Positions 17,688-27,975 of a stretch of DNA of 32,000 nucleotides are shown in pieces. The notes beneath the pieces were generated by a model. That model was not told the DNA's origin and did no database searches. It worked only from the letters and a program-made list of their open reading frames with translations. Every line of letters begins with the position of its first letter. The first letter of the stretch is position 1. The DNA is from Candidatus Scalindua sp. Its GTDB lineage: Bacteria; Planctomycetota; Brocadiia; Brocadiales; Scalinduaceae. The stretch is from positions 191,792 through 223,791 of the forward strand of contig JALDRB010000003.1 of NCBI GenBank assembly GCA_031316155.1. Direction: 5' to 3'. Made by a program: the position numbers and the translations under genes.

Positions 17688-19157
17688 TTATGACTTAACA
17701 CTTGCCAGGTCAATATTTTTACGATTCTTTATTTTCTCATAGTGTTCACGTGCCTCCTCGTAAACACCAGAAGCCTGTAATTTTTTCAAGTTTTCTAATA
17801 AATGGTGAAAGACATACTGCCAGTCAAGATTGACCCTGAAGGCAAACATTGCCGCGTTTAGATTGTTTAACTCTGTTTTTGCTTTTCTGAATTTTTCCCT
17901 GATAACATCAGTAGAGTAAATGTTCTCATAGACATACTCCAGACCGTCAATAAACTCCTGAAGCGAGAGACCAGACAATACATAGGTTAGATGGTGTGAA
18001 GTATAATAGATCCAATCTTCGGGGAAATTTGTTCTAAAGAGTCTATTTACTCCGTTAAGTCTATGATATAAGGGGGTGTTAATAAAGGGGCATAAAATAC
18101 CACAAGTCATAATATCAATTTTCGCATCTAATATGAAATCTACAACTTCTTTAAAACTTTCCGGGGTATCACTGTCATTTCCAAAAACCATGGTGCCCCA
18201 CACAGCAAGGCCATGTTTTCTGATATTCTTAACCGCCTCTTTATATTTTTCTACGGTTATACGCAGGTTGACGCCCTTATTCATTGTCTTTAATGTCTCT
18301 TCATTGATTGACTCTATGCCGATGAGGACTCCGACACAACCACTCTTTACCATGTACTCTAATGTCTCGTCATCCTGATAAATATTTAATGAAGTAAACC
18401 CGAACCAATTCTGGTATATGCCTCTTTCCACCATCTTTTTAAAGAGGTTTCGAACCCTTTCGTTTGACTTCTTGCTATGCCCGTAGAAATTTTCATCAGT
18501 GAGGATAAGCCCCCTGTACTCCCCTTTTATTTTCTCCAGTTCATTTAATACGTCGTCGATCGGCCTCTCTCTGTACTTTCTTCCCTGAAACTGAGGAACC
18601 GAACAGAATTCACAACTAAAGGGACATCCTGCAGTCGTTATGATACCGGAGTAGCGATACCGGTACTTATTCTTTAAAAACTCTCTATCAGAAAAAAGGT
18701 CTTTATACATCTCCATAGGTGTAAGACCGCCATCATACATTTTCTTGAGATTGTTGTTCTCAAAATCTGAAATTATCTGTTTCCAGACCGTAACAGCTTC
18801 TCTAATTATTACAGAATCAACATATTTGGCCGCTTCTTCGGGATAACTTGTTGCATGTACACCACCCATGATAACGGGGATCCCTCTTTTTTTGCATGCG
18901 GTAGCTATCTGATATGCCCTGTTAGCCTGATAGCTCACAGACGTGATTCCTACGAGATCAGGTTTTTCAAAACACAAATTTTCACCTTTTTCATCAACTG
19001 CCAGCTCCTGTGTCTCGTCGATAATGTCAACTTCCCAGTGATCGGGTGTCAGCCTCTTCAGATATCCCAGGTTAACGGGCATCTGGTTTAATACGGAAAC
19101 ATTCTCCTCGCCGACATTACCAATGGGATGAGGATTTATCAGTATTAATTTTTTCAT
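17688..19157 (-). CDS. B12-binding-type radical SAM protein
   Basis: N-terminal cobalamin-binding-like domain (LILINPHP...KPDLVGITSVSYQANRAYQIATACKKRGIPVIMGGVHATSYPEEA), radical SAM GCPFSCEFCSVP (CxxxCxxC), GIESINEETLKTMNKG. Confidence 0.93.
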   Translation of the reverse strand: MKKLILINPHPIGNVGEENVSVLNQMPVNLGYLKRLTPDHWEVDIIDETQELAVDEKGENLCFEKPDLVGITSVSYQANRAYQIATACKKRGIPVIMGGVHATSYPEEAAKYVDSVIIREAVTVWKQIISDFENNNLKKMYDGGLTPMEMYKDLFSDREFLKNKYRYRYSGIITTAGCPFSCEFCSVPQFQGRKYRERPIDDVLNELEKIKGEYRGLILTDENFYGHSKKSNERVRNLFKKMVERGIYQNWFGFTSLNIYQDDETLEYMVKSGCVGVLIGIESINEETLKTMNKGVNLRITVEKYKEAVKNIRKHGLAVWGTMVFGNDSDTPESFKEVVDFILDAKIDIMTCGILCPFINTPLYHRLNGVNRLFRTNFPEDWIYYTSHHLTYVLSGLSLQEFIDGLEYVYENIYSTDVIREKFRKAKTELNNLNAAMFAFRVNLDWQYVFHHLLENLKKLQASGVYEEAREHYEKIKNRKNIDLASVKS

Positions 19158-19534
19158 TTTTTAAATTAGCTCCTTTCACTCGCTAATTTAATCTTATTTT
19201 GCTGCGCAAAATGATTTACAAAATATAGATTCATTATTTAAGTCTTGTTTTTGGTTCAGGCTCTGCTAGGTTTTCAACCCTTCTCGTGTTATTTTAATGA
19301 ATATCTGAATACTAATCAATTTGTATGGGAATTTCCATTTTAAATATTAATTAATCAATGTATTACACTGTTTATGTGTGCTAGCACATACCCAAAATGG
19401 CGTTAAGCAACAACATGGATGTCGTTTGTTGCAATTTTGAAAGAGTAATGCAGGATGCACTAAATCAACGGTATTTTACACTATTTTCTTTTATTATCAA
19501 GTCCATGTTTTATTTATCTTTTGATACATTCATG

Positions 19535-19637
19535 AATTTCAGTATTTCCTCTTTTTTTGGGCTGAAGGCGCAAGTTCAAAATCCCTAAAACTGCCATGGA
19601 AGGCAGTTTTAGCTTTTGGAAAAGTTAGCCAGGATGG
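19535..19637 (+). repeat. dispersed repeat family 1, copy 1
   Basis: aatttcagtatttcctctttttttgggctgaaggcgcaagttcaaaatccctaaaactgccatggaaggcagttttagcttttggaaaagttagccaggatgg; reverse-complement match to 31762-31869. Inner hairpin AAAACTGCC/GGCAGTTTT. Confidence 0.85.
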
Positions 19638-19672
19638 TCTAACTTGCTGGTTCTTTCATCTGGTATTTCAGT

Positions 19673-20053
19673 TTAACTGTCTGCACGTGTTACCAGCAAT
19701 GCATGTGCGACTGCGTATTCTTTACAATGTGATAAAGAGATTGAAATCTCACAGATATTCTTTTCAATTGCCATCTCTTTTACCCTGCCATAGAGATTTA
19801 CATAGGGTTTTCCCGATTCTTCGTTCAGTGTTTCTACGTCAGTCCACTTCATCCTTTCTCTCAAGCCGGTTCCAAATGCCTTGAGAACAGCTTCTTTCGA
19901 TGCAAAACGGGCAGCATAATGTTGGAAACAGTTCTTCTTTGATTGGCAATATTTTACCTCATCTTCCGTAAAAACCCGCCTGACAAAACCCTTATGTGAG
20001 AGGAAAATTTTTTCTATCCTTTTTACTTCAATAATATCAATACCCGTATACAT
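19673..20053 (-). CDS. acpS: holo-[acyl-carrier-protein] synthase
   Basis: GIDIIEVKRIEKIF...FTEDEVKYCQ...QHYAARFASKEAVLKAFGTG...ISISLSHCKEYAVAHALL. Confidence 0.93.
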   Translation of the reverse strand: MYTGIDIIEVKRIEKIFLSHKGFVRRVFTEDEVKYCQSKKNCFQHYAARFASKEAVLKAFGTGLRERMKWTDVETLNEESGKPYVNLYGRVKEMAIEKNICEISISLSHCKEYAVAHALLVTRADS

Positions 20054-20487
20054 CGTAGAATAGTGCCCTTATTTTTTCGATATTTCTATAAATGTCAGTT
20101 CTATAATCGTTTGTCATCAGGGAGTGGAGTCATGAAAAGGTGAACCGGGCGGGGGGTGCTTACAGAATTATTTTGCATAAAAATAGGTATTCTTTTATCA
20201 TCTCATAATTCGCTGTAACTGTTGGATTTTATCGGTTGTACGATTCGTTGTCAACTATAATATCATCATTGGAATGTGTGGGAAAAATCATCACTGTCCG
20301 TTTAGATTTTTTCATCTTTTTTTATTGCCCCAAAGGTGTCATACCTGCATGATTCCCGCTTTACACATGCGGGAACAAACGTTAGCGGAAATCCAGGAAG
20401 AATGAACATCTGGTTTTCTGACAAAGGAGTTCGGCTATGACAAAAGACGTGGGTGCAGATTTCTAACCGGGACATAACCGGGGAAAA

Positions 20488-21828
20488 ATGGAATTAACAG
20501 AAAGAAATTTAAATAAAAACATCATTAAGCTGGCTCTTCCTGTTGCCCTGGAAAACGTCTTACACATGGCAGTTTTCATCGTGGACATATTCTTGGTTGG
20601 CCGACTGGGAACAGCTCCTGTTGCTGCAGTCGGATTAGCAGGTGCCTTAAACTTTATTATTTCAATGATTTTCTCTGCCCTGAATGTCGGGACAACCACA
20701 CTTGTGGCAAGGAATATTGGTGCAAAAGAGACGGGAGAGGCTCAAAAAGTTGCCGGGCAGTCAATATTTTTGTCACTGATACTGGGAGTGATTATAAGTC
20801 CCTTTGTCTTCACCTTTGCAGATAATTTTTTGATGGCAATGTCCGCTGAATCTGATGTTGTGATGTTAGGCTCACCTTATCTGAAGATTATTTCGAGTTT
20901 CTTTATTTTGCGTTTAATAATCTTAACGGGAAGCGCAATATTCAGAGGGGCAGGTGATACCCGAACACCAATGTTGGTTACTCTTGTCATGAATTGTGTG
21001 AATATTTTGTTTAGCTGGCTTCTGGTTTTTGGCATAGGATTTTTTCCACGGATGGAGGTGTCCGGAGCTGCATGGGGTACATCAATTGCCTATGTAACCG
21101 GAGGTGGATTTATATTCTATAAACTCTTATGCAGTAAAAGCACTTTGACGGTAAAACTGAAATACATCATAAGCATCCGGAGAGCCAGGATACAAAGAAT
21201 ACTACGGATTTCCCTGCCCGCCATGTTAGACGCCTTGTTAACTCAGATTGGTTATCTTTTTTTTATCAAGATAGTCGCTATCCTGGGAACTGTCTCTCTT
21301 GCCGCTCACCAGATTGCCCTCAGAATAGAGGCCGTATCATTTATGCCGAGTTATGCTTTTGCTGTGGCAACAGGTACACTCGTAGGACAAAGTCTTGGCG
21401 CAAAGAAAATTGATCTTGCAAGATTGAGTATGAAGAGGAATTGCCTGATTGCCCTTATGGTCATGGGTTTTTTTTCCATTCTATTTTTAACCCTTCCGGA
21501 ATACCTGTCAAAGCTGTTCCATCCGGAAGAGGAGGTTCTTGCTCTCAGTACACTCTGTGTAATGATCGCTGCCATAGAACAGCCTGCATTGGCCATATAC
21601 ATGGTTTACGCCGGAGGTTTGCGCGGCGCAGGCGACACCCTGAGCCTGATGGTCATTACGATAGCGGGTACATTATGTTTTCATTTACCGGTTGCCTATA
21701 TTTTTGGAATCGTGCTAAAATGGGGTCTGGCAGGAATATGGTTCGGTGTGGCGCTTGATTGGGTCATTCGTTCAATAGCCGTATACGTCGTCTTTAAAAT
21801 GGGGAGATGGAGGAATATAAAGGTATGA
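20488..21828 (+). CDS. MATE family efflux transporter
   Basis: 446 aa, 12-TM-like. Motifs ALPVALENVLHMAVFIVDIFLVGRLGTAPVAAVGLAG and a second half GLRGAGDT...LGAKKIDLARLS typical of NorM/MATE proteins. Confidence 0.93.
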   Translation: MELTERNLNKNIIKLALPVALENVLHMAVFIVDIFLVGRLGTAPVAAVGLAGALNFIISMIFSALNVGTTTLVARNIGAKETGEAQKVAGQSIFLSLILGVIISPFVFTFADNFLMAMSAESDVVMLGSPYLKIISSFFILRLIILTGSAIFRGAGDTRTPMLVTLVMNCVNILFSWLLVFGIGFFPRMEVSGAAWGTSIAYVTGGGFIFYKLLCSKSTLTVKLKYIISIRRARIQRILRISLPAMLDALLTQIGYLFFIKIVAILGTVSLAAHQIALRIEAVSFMPSYAFAVATGTLVGQSLGAKKIDLARLSMKRNCLIALMVMGFFSILFLTLPEYLSKLFHPEEEVLALSTLCVMIAAIEQPALAIYMVYAGGLRGAGDTLSLMVITIAGTLCFHLPVAYIFGIVLKWGLAGIWFGVALDWVIRSIAVYVVFKMGRWRNIKV

Positions 21829-22583
21829 AAATTGTTTTTCTTGGTACCGGAACTTCATATGGTGTGCCTATGATAGGTTGTGAATGCAGTGTCTGCACGT
21901 CTGACAATCCAAAAAACTCTCGGATGCGTTCTTCAATTCTGGTCTCCGGGAGAGAATGTAATATCCTAATAGATGCCGCACCGGAACTGCGGATTCAGTG
22001 CCTGAATAATGCCGTAAAGAAAGTGGATGCCGTATTGTTAACCCACCCTCATGCTGACCATGTATTGGGGTTGGATGATTTAAGGCATTTCAACTTAAGG
22101 TACAAAACGAATATTCCCGTATATGGATCTCAGGAAACAATGAATCATATACATAAAATGTTTTCATATGTATTCGAAAAAACTCTTTCTGAAAGCAGTA
22201 AGCCGGAATTTACCCTGAAACCCATAAACGGGATCCTGAACATTTCCGGTCAGAAAATAATCCCCATAGAAGTTATGCATGGGCAGGAACAGGTGATTGC
22301 ATACAGGCTTGACAATTTTGCATATGTAACCGATGTCAGCCACATACCATCCGATTCTATGGACAAGTTAAGGGGGCTCGACCTCCTGATCCTTGATGCA
22401 TTGAGGATGCGTCCACACGAAAAACACTTCAGCATCGAACAGGCCATAGATATTGTAGCGAGGCTAAAACCCAAACAGGCACTGTTTACACACATAGCAC
22501 ACGAGGTGGATCATGAAAAGACAAATAGTTTGTTACCAGAGGGCATTAAGTTAGCATATGATGGATTGACAGTTGAGATATGA
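21825..22583 (+). CDS. MBL-fold metallo-hydrolase (PhnP-like)
   Basis: MKIVFLGTGTSYGVPMIGCECSVCTSDNPKNSRMRSS...VLLTHPHADHVLGLDDLRHF...HIAHEVDH. Start at ATG 21825 overlaps the MATE stop (ATGA). Confidence 0.9.
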   Translation: MKIVFLGTGTSYGVPMIGCECSVCTSDNPKNSRMRSSILVSGRECNILIDAAPELRIQCLNNAVKKVDAVLLTHPHADHVLGLDDLRHFNLRYKTNIPVYGSQETMNHIHKMFSYVFEKTLSESSKPEFTLKPINGILNISGQKIIPIEVMHGQEQVIAYRLDNFAYVTDVSHIPSDSMDKLRGLDLLILDALRMRPHEKHFSIEQAIDIVARLKPKQALFTHIAHEVDHEKTNSLLPEGIKLAYDGLTVEI

Positions 22584-22983
22584 TTGTGAGAAAATGAATT
22601 TTTCCCATTTAACATACATTACGGCCAGAATTCTTCTCTCAGGTATTTGACGATACCTGTATGATAACTATAAGCTATAATGGCTGTTACAAATAATATT
22701 GACAACAAATCAGCCGTTTGATAGCATTGCGATGGAACTAAAGGGACGGAAAAAATGTTTATGACACCAGTGGATTAAGAGCTTTTTCTGATTTGGGAAG
22801 CAAAACAAAAAACATGCATTGTGTGTCCGCTTCTCAGGAAAAAAGCATAACGATAACGTGCTTAAGTAATATTATAATCTCAGGATAACTATATAAAGTG
22901 TTAAGTTCCCAGCTATTTCAGATAGGATATTTTCTTAAGCTATTCCCATATTTGTGTGCTTTTACCTTTATTGGAGGAAATAC

Positions 22984-23481
22984 ATGAAAAGCAAAATAAC
23001 TCTTTCTATTATTGGGATAGTGGCTGTATCGGTTCTTACTACAGGCTGCTTGACAACTACACAAAAAAGTGCCGGGGTCGGTACCGGTATAGGAGCAGCA
23101 CTTGGAGCCGGTATTGGTGCTATTGTAGGTGATCCTGCCATGGGTGCTGCAATCGGTGCAGGGGCAGGTGCTCTGGGTGGAGCGATGGTGGGAGACAATA
23201 TGGACAAAAAGAGGGAAGAGAGGGAAAAAGCAGATTTGGAGAGGCAACTAGAGCTTGAAAGAAGATCCAGCTCCGGTGAAGGGAAAAATTATATTGAAGG
23301 ACACTATGAATATGTGAAGAAAAGAAAATGGGTAGACACCTCAAAGAAAGAGAGAGTGTGGGTCGACGAACGTATTGAAGGAGACAAAAGGGTCGAGGGA
23401 CATTATGAAGAAAGAGTTGTGCCTTCAGGCAATTGGGATGAATATGAAGAAAAGACATGGATACCTGCGCACTACGAATAA
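22984..23481 (+). CDS. glycine-zipper lipoprotein with repeated 'GHYE' tail
   Basis: Lipobox-like LTTGC after a hydrophobic segment, GIGAALGAGIGAIVGDPAMGAAIGAGAGALGGAMVG glycine zipper, IEGHYEYV..VEGHYEERV..IPAHYE. RBS GGAGG upstream of ATG 22984 (track start 22954 less likely). Confidence 0.8.
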   Translation: MKSKITLSIIGIVAVSVLTTGCLTTTQKSAGVGTGIGAALGAGIGAIVGDPAMGAAIGAGAGALGGAMVGDNMDKKREEREKADLERQLELERRSSSGEGKNYIEGHYEYVKKRKWVDTSKKERVWVDERIEGDKRVEGHYEERVVPSGNWDEYEEKTWIPAHYE

Positions 23482-23591
23482 CAAAGCTCCTATGCATTCT
23501 GAAGCCGACTATGCTATCGTTAGCGACACAACGAAAAGCCTTTTATATCAAAAAAACCATGCCCGATTTAAGTAACTTCCGGCGATATCGA

Positions 23592-23731
23592 ATATACTCA
23601 TCTTATAATGGTTTTCGGATAAAATCCGAGAAAAAACGGAGCGAGTAAAGTCCTCGGCGCTTTATGTCCGGGGATACCTTCACCAAGATTTGGTTTTTAG
23701 AAAAATCTAAAACCAAATCGGTTTTAGTATA
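23592..23731 (+). repeat. dispersed repeat family 2, short form (no palindromic insertions)
   Basis: tatactcatcttataatggttttcggataaaatccgag...cggagcgagtaaag...aaccaaatcggttttagtata; matches the reverse complement of 31288-31482. Confidence 0.85.
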
Positions 23732-24063
23732 CATATTGGAACTGCCAGGTAACTCTGCTCAAGCTTGATTGATATTTATACAGACAAGCAACAGTACATA
23801 CCTGATGATCAAAAAAAATCGATCGAAATAGTTTGTTATATTTTGACCGATTGATAATCACTAAATCATACTACCGCCTTGCCAATTATTCGAAACGATT
23901 CATTCAAAGATCACTGCTGGTGACAAGAAATTTGTCTTATAACTTACCTGTTATGTGTTCAAAAACATTCCCGGAATACCTTCGCCTCTGTTACTTTTTT
24001 TAACTGGTAAAGTGTCTCGTTTTATGGAAAAATAGAAAAAAACCTGAGTATAAGGAAAAGAAA

Positions 24064-27000
24064 ATGGTAATCGATGACAATAAAAATTCAAGTAGAGAAC
24101 CGAACTCTTCCATGAATCAAATTGAAGAGAGAGTAGAGAAAGCTCGTTTCAGATACAACCTCTTCAGATGTGAAAAGTCGTTTTTTACCGTCTTTACAAT
24201 TGGCTTGGCCATAGTTTTGATAACACTTCTCGTCCGTAAGTTTATTGAGATACCCTATTATGTTAATATTGTTCTGATCTCTGCCTTTTCGATTTATTTT
24301 TTCATTACCCTTGGGCTCATTTTGTACAAATGGGTAGGGAAAGCGGAAGCCGCGAGCCTGTTAGACAAAAAAATGAATTTCAAGGAGAGGCTCGTTACCG
24401 GATTGGAGTATGCAGGGCAGAACGAGGAGAACAAATTTTTAGATTTACTTGTATCCGATATTACAAATAAGCTCGATGATAAGGGCATAAAGACGGCCAT
24501 TCCCCACAAATTTCCCCGGGCAGCAAAATTTTTTATTCCCGTTTCGATATTACTGTTAATTCTCCTGCTTCTTCCTTACGTCTATCCTGAAAAAACGGAG
24601 CAAATTGTTAAAGATTTAAAAGATTCAGTTGGTATGTTACCGGGCAGTGAATCTGCTCAAAAGGAAAGTGGTGAAGCAGAGGGGAAGCCTGCTGAGAAAG
24701 AGGTAAAACCAAAGCAGAGTGACCATTCAGAAGAATCTCAGTCTGAACAAGAGAAGAATCAACTTGCAGAGATGAAAACCGGAAAACCTCAGCAGGAGAA
24801 AGATGAATCCAATAAAACTGAGAAGCAGGCAGAGAAAGATACCGTGAAAGAGGATTCACTATCGAAAAAAGCAGAACAACAAAAGGAGGCAAAAACATTA
24901 GAAGATGAAGTCTCGGAATTATTGAGTAAAATTGGTGCTTCTTTAAATGAAATTGAGAAAAAAACGAAACCATCAGGAGACAGCAAGAGTGAAGATTCCG
25001 AGTTATCCGATCCGGAAACGCAAAAAGAAGAAAAGATGGAGCCAAAACAGGTAGCAGAAAAAGATGAGAAACAAGAAGAGCGAAAAGAGAATGAGGAGAA
25101 AAAGAGTGTTGATGTTTCGCCCTCAGATAAAGGGACTCCAGAACAAGAATTGTCTGAAAATGAAAGAAAAGAGCAAGAACAGACAAAGACATCAGATGCT
25201 TCTGCTCAAGATAAAGAAACTCCCGAAGAAAAATCATTAGAAAACCAAAAGAAAGAGCAGAAACCCCAGAAACCCAAATCGAAATTACTTCAAATGCTTG
25301 CAAAACTTTTTATGTCAAACAAAGACAAAAATAGCGTTCCTCCAATTGACCTTCCTTTAGAGGGTACGAACAAGGATCAAAACAGTTCCGAACAGGATAA
25401 GTCCGGGCAGAACGCTGAAACACAAACATCGGTTTCAAAAGACACTTCCGGATCTCCCCAAAGTGAATCATCAAAAAAAGAATCAGGCAGCCAGACTTCT
25501 CCCTCTGATTTGTCGTCATCTGTACCTTCTGGTTCGGATGAGGAACAAACTTCTCAATCACAACAGCAACAGGGTTCCAACGAAGAAAATGCCGGTGAAG
25601 TTTCGAAAAAACAAGAGGATAAGCAGGAAGCAGGTTCTTCACCTTCTCAAATACCAGAGGATCCGGGCAGTTCAAAAACTGATCAACAAGATACAGGCCA
25701 AGAAAGCAAAAATGCGATGGCGCAATCTGGCACAGGGGCAGGACAGCAAACAGGTACTGAAGCAGGGCAGAAAGCAGGAGCGGAACCAGGAAAGCAGACC
25801 GGTGCAGGTGCAGGGCAGCAAACCGGTACAGAGGCGGGTAAACAGTCTGGTATGGAGGCAGGACAACAGGCAGGATCAGAACCAGGGAGACAAGCAGGTA
25901 CAGAGGCGGGAAAGCAATCTGGAGCGGAACCAGGGCAGCAAGCCGGGTCAGAACCGGGTAAGCAGGCAGGGTCAGAGGCAGGTCAACAGGCCGGTGCAGA
26001 AGCGGGGAGACAAGCAGGTACAGAGACGGGAAAGCAATCTGGAGCGGAACCGGGTAAGCAGGCTGGCACGGAATCAGGGCAGCAAGTTGGTAAAGATGCT
26101 GGGCAGCAAGCTGGGTCAGAAGCAGGCAAACAGGCTGGTACAGAGTTAGGCCAGCAAGCAGGTACAGAGGCAGGACAGAAAGCTGGGGCAGAAGCGGGAC
26201 AACAACCAGGTAAAGATGCAGGGCAACAGGCAGGCAGTGAACCGGGTAAACAGTCTGGTATGGAGGCAGGTCAACAGGCTGGAGCGGAAGCGGGGAGACA
26301 AGCAGGTACAGAACCGGGAAAGCAATCAGGAGCGGAACCAGGCCAACAAGCAGGTTCTGAGGCAGGGCAGCAAGCCGGTACAGAAGTGGGACAAAAGGCA
26401 GGTAAAGAACAAGGCCAACAAGCAGGAGAGGAACCTGGACAGCAGGCCGGTGTGGAATCAAGGCAGCAGGTTGGGGCCGAAGCAGGTAAACAGGCTGGTA
26501 AAGAGTTAGGCCAGCAAGCAGGAACAGAAGCAGGACAGCAGGCCGGTGCGGAAGCAGGGCAACAAGCAGGATCAGAAGCGGGAAAGCAATCGGGTACAGA
26601 ATCGGGACAAAAGGCAGGTAAAGAACAAGGCCAACAAGCAGGAGAGGAACCTGGACAGCAGGCCGGTGTGGAATCAAGGCAGCAGGTTGGGGCCGAAGCA
26701 GGTAAACAGGCTGGTAAAGAGTTAGGCCAGCAAGCAGGAACAGAAGCAGGACAGCAGGCCGGTGCGGAAGCAGGGCAACAAGCAGGATCAGAAGCGGGAA
26801 AGCAATCGGGTACAGAATCGGGACAAAAGGCAGGTAAAGAACCAGGGCAACAGGCTGGAGAGGAACCTGGACAGCAGGCCGGTGTGGAATCAAGGCAGCA
26901 GGTTGGGGCCGAAGCAGGTAAACAGGCTGGTAAAGAGTTAGGCCAGCAAGCAGGAACAGAAGCAGGACAGCAGGCCGGTGCGGAAGCAGGGCAACAAGCA

Positions 27001-27975
27001 GGATCAGAGGCGGGAAAGCAAGTGGGTAAAGATGCTGGGCAGCAAGCTGGGTCAGAAGCAGGCAAACAGGCTGGTACAGAGTTAGGCCAGCAAACAGGTA
27101 CTGAAGCAGGGCAGCAAACCGGTACAGAGGCGGGTAAACAGTCTGGTATGGAGGCAGGACAACAGGCAGGCAGTGAACCGGGTAAACAGTCTGGTATGGA
27201 GGCAGGTCAACAGGCTGGAGCGGAAGCGGGGAGACAAGCAGGTACAGAACCGGGTAAGCAATCTGGAGCGGAACCAGGCCAACAAGCAGGAGCGGAACCG
27301 GGTAAGCAGGCTGGCACGGAATCAGGGCAGCAAGTGGGTAAAGATGCTGGGCAGCAAGCTGGTTCAGAAGCAGGCAAACAGGCAGGTACAGAGTTAGGCC
27401 AACAAGCAGGTACAGAAGCAGGTCAGCTAACAGGCATGGATATTTCTGATTTACAGAGCGCAATAGCGAATCAAATGGAAAATCTGTCCACTCAAATATC
27501 AGATATAGAAAAACAAATGGGGTTAGATTCTTCCGGCGGGAGAGCATCTGAAGGGATGGATGCTGGCAAAGAAAGTGACCTGGAGGGTTTGAGCGAAAAA
27601 GAACTGGGAAAGAACGAAACAGGGGAACAAAAAAGGGCAAAAGAGTTACGCGGTGCAATTGACGAAATTGGTGGGCCGGGAGGAAGTCAACCTGGCGGTG
27701 AGCTATACTCTTCTGAACCGGAAAAGATAGAAACTCTGGAAAATGCTGAAGAATTTGGATTTAATATTAAGGGCACCAAAGATGAAACCGGAGATATGAG
27801 GGAAACCATATCTTCCGAAAAGGGAGAGTCTACTACGAAAAGAAGGTTACCCACTGCTGGTTATGATGATACTGCAGAGCTCAGTATTCAGCAAGCTGAA
27901 GACGATGCAATAAAAAATACTTCAATACCACTTGAGTACGAGGAAATCATCAAGAAGATTCATACTAATAAGTAA
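24064..27975 (+). CDS. giant repeat-containing membrane protein (DUF4175-like N-terminus) upstream of MoxR-DUF58
   Basis: 1303 aa. Two/three N-terminal TM segments (FFTVFTIGLAIVLITLLV, VNIVLISAFSIYFFITLGLILY, AAKFFIPVSILLLILLLLPYVYP), acidic/Lys/Gln-rich linker, ~70 8-aa repeats, C-term IPLEYEEIIKKI. Confidence 0.85.
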   Translation: MVIDDNKNSSREPNSSMNQIEERVEKARFRYNLFRCEKSFFTVFTIGLAIVLITLLVRKFIEIPYYVNIVLISAFSIYFFITLGLILYKWVGKAEAASLLDKKMNFKERLVTGLEYAGQNEENKFLDLLVSDITNKLDDKGIKTAIPHKFPRAAKFFIPVSILLLILLLLPYVYPEKTEQIVKDLKDSVGMLPGSESAQKESGEAEGKPAEKEVKPKQSDHSEESQSEQEKNQLAEMKTGKPQQEKDESNKTEKQAEKDTVKEDSLSKKAEQQKEAKTLEDEVSELLSKIGASLNEIEKKTKPSGDSKSEDSELSDPETQKEEKMEPKQVAEKDEKQEERKENEEKKSVDVSPSDKGTPEQELSENERKEQEQTKTSDASAQDKETPEEKSLENQKKEQKPQKPKSKLLQMLAKLFMSNKDKNSVPPIDLPLEGTNKDQNSSEQDKSGQNAETQTSVSKDTSGSPQSESSKKESGSQTSPSDLSSSVPSGSDEEQTSQSQQQQGSNEENAGEVSKKQEDKQEAGSSPSQIPEDPGSSKTDQQDTGQESKNAMAQSGTGAGQQTGTEAGQKAGAEPGKQTGAGAGQQTGTEAGKQSGMEAGQQAGSEPGRQAGTEAGKQSGAEPGQQAGSEPGKQAGSEAGQQAGAEAGRQAGTETGKQSGAEPGKQAGTESGQQVGKDAGQQAGSEAGKQAGTELGQQAGTEAGQKAGAEAGQQPGKDAGQQAGSEPGKQSGMEAGQQAGAEAGRQAGTEPGKQSGAEPGQQAGSEAGQQAGTEVGQKAGKEQGQQAGEEPGQQAGVESRQQVGAEAGKQAGKELGQQAGTEAGQQAGAEAGQQAGSEAGKQSGTESGQKAGKEQGQQAGEEPGQQAGVESRQQVGAEAGKQAGKELGQQAGTEAGQQAGAEAGQQAGSEAGKQSGTESGQKAGKEPGQQAGEEPGQQAGVESRQQVGAEAGKQAGKELGQQAGTEAGQQAGAEAGQQAGSEAGKQVGKDAGQQAGSEAGKQAGTELGQQTGTEAGQQTGTEAGKQSGMEAGQQAGSEPGKQSGMEAGQQAGAEAGRQAGTEPGKQSGAEPGQQAGAEPGKQAGTESGQQVGKDAGQQAGSEAGKQAGTELGQQAGTEAGQLTGMDISDLQSAIANQMENLSTQISDIEKQMGLDSSGGRASEGMDAGKESDLEGLSEKELGKNETGEQKRAKELRGAIDEIGGPGGSQPGGELYSSEPEKIETLENAEEFGFNIKGTKDETGDMRETISSEKGESTTKRRLPTAGYDDTAELSIQQAEDDAIKNTSIPLEYEEIIKKIHTNK
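25731..27437 (+). repeat. coding tandem repeat, 24-bp unit (G[QK]QAGxEx), with 216-bp higher-order blocks
   Basis: Regular 8-aa units GQQAGTEA/GKQSGAEP. The string ggacaaaaggcaggtaaagaac recurs at 26389, 26605 and 26821 (exactly 216 bp apart). Confidence 0.95.

Noticed and set aside
25463-27397. Other long repeat-frame ORFs (25463-26149 +, 26216-26509 +, 26271-27065 -, 27173-27397 +)
   Set aside because: Shadow frames of the same 24-bp periodic repeat.
25731-27437. CRISPR-like periodicity
   Set aside because: Units are contiguous 24-bp coding repeats with no unique spacers, preserved at the protein level; no cas genes.
25310-27658. 782-aa minus-strand ORF
   Set aside because: It is antisense to the 24-bp repeat tract; a repeat period divisible by 3 keeps several frames open. 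Its Leu/Pro/Val-rich translation (LLVGLVPLQIAYPVLYLLVS) has no credible start and the + strand product has coherent N- and C-terminal domains.
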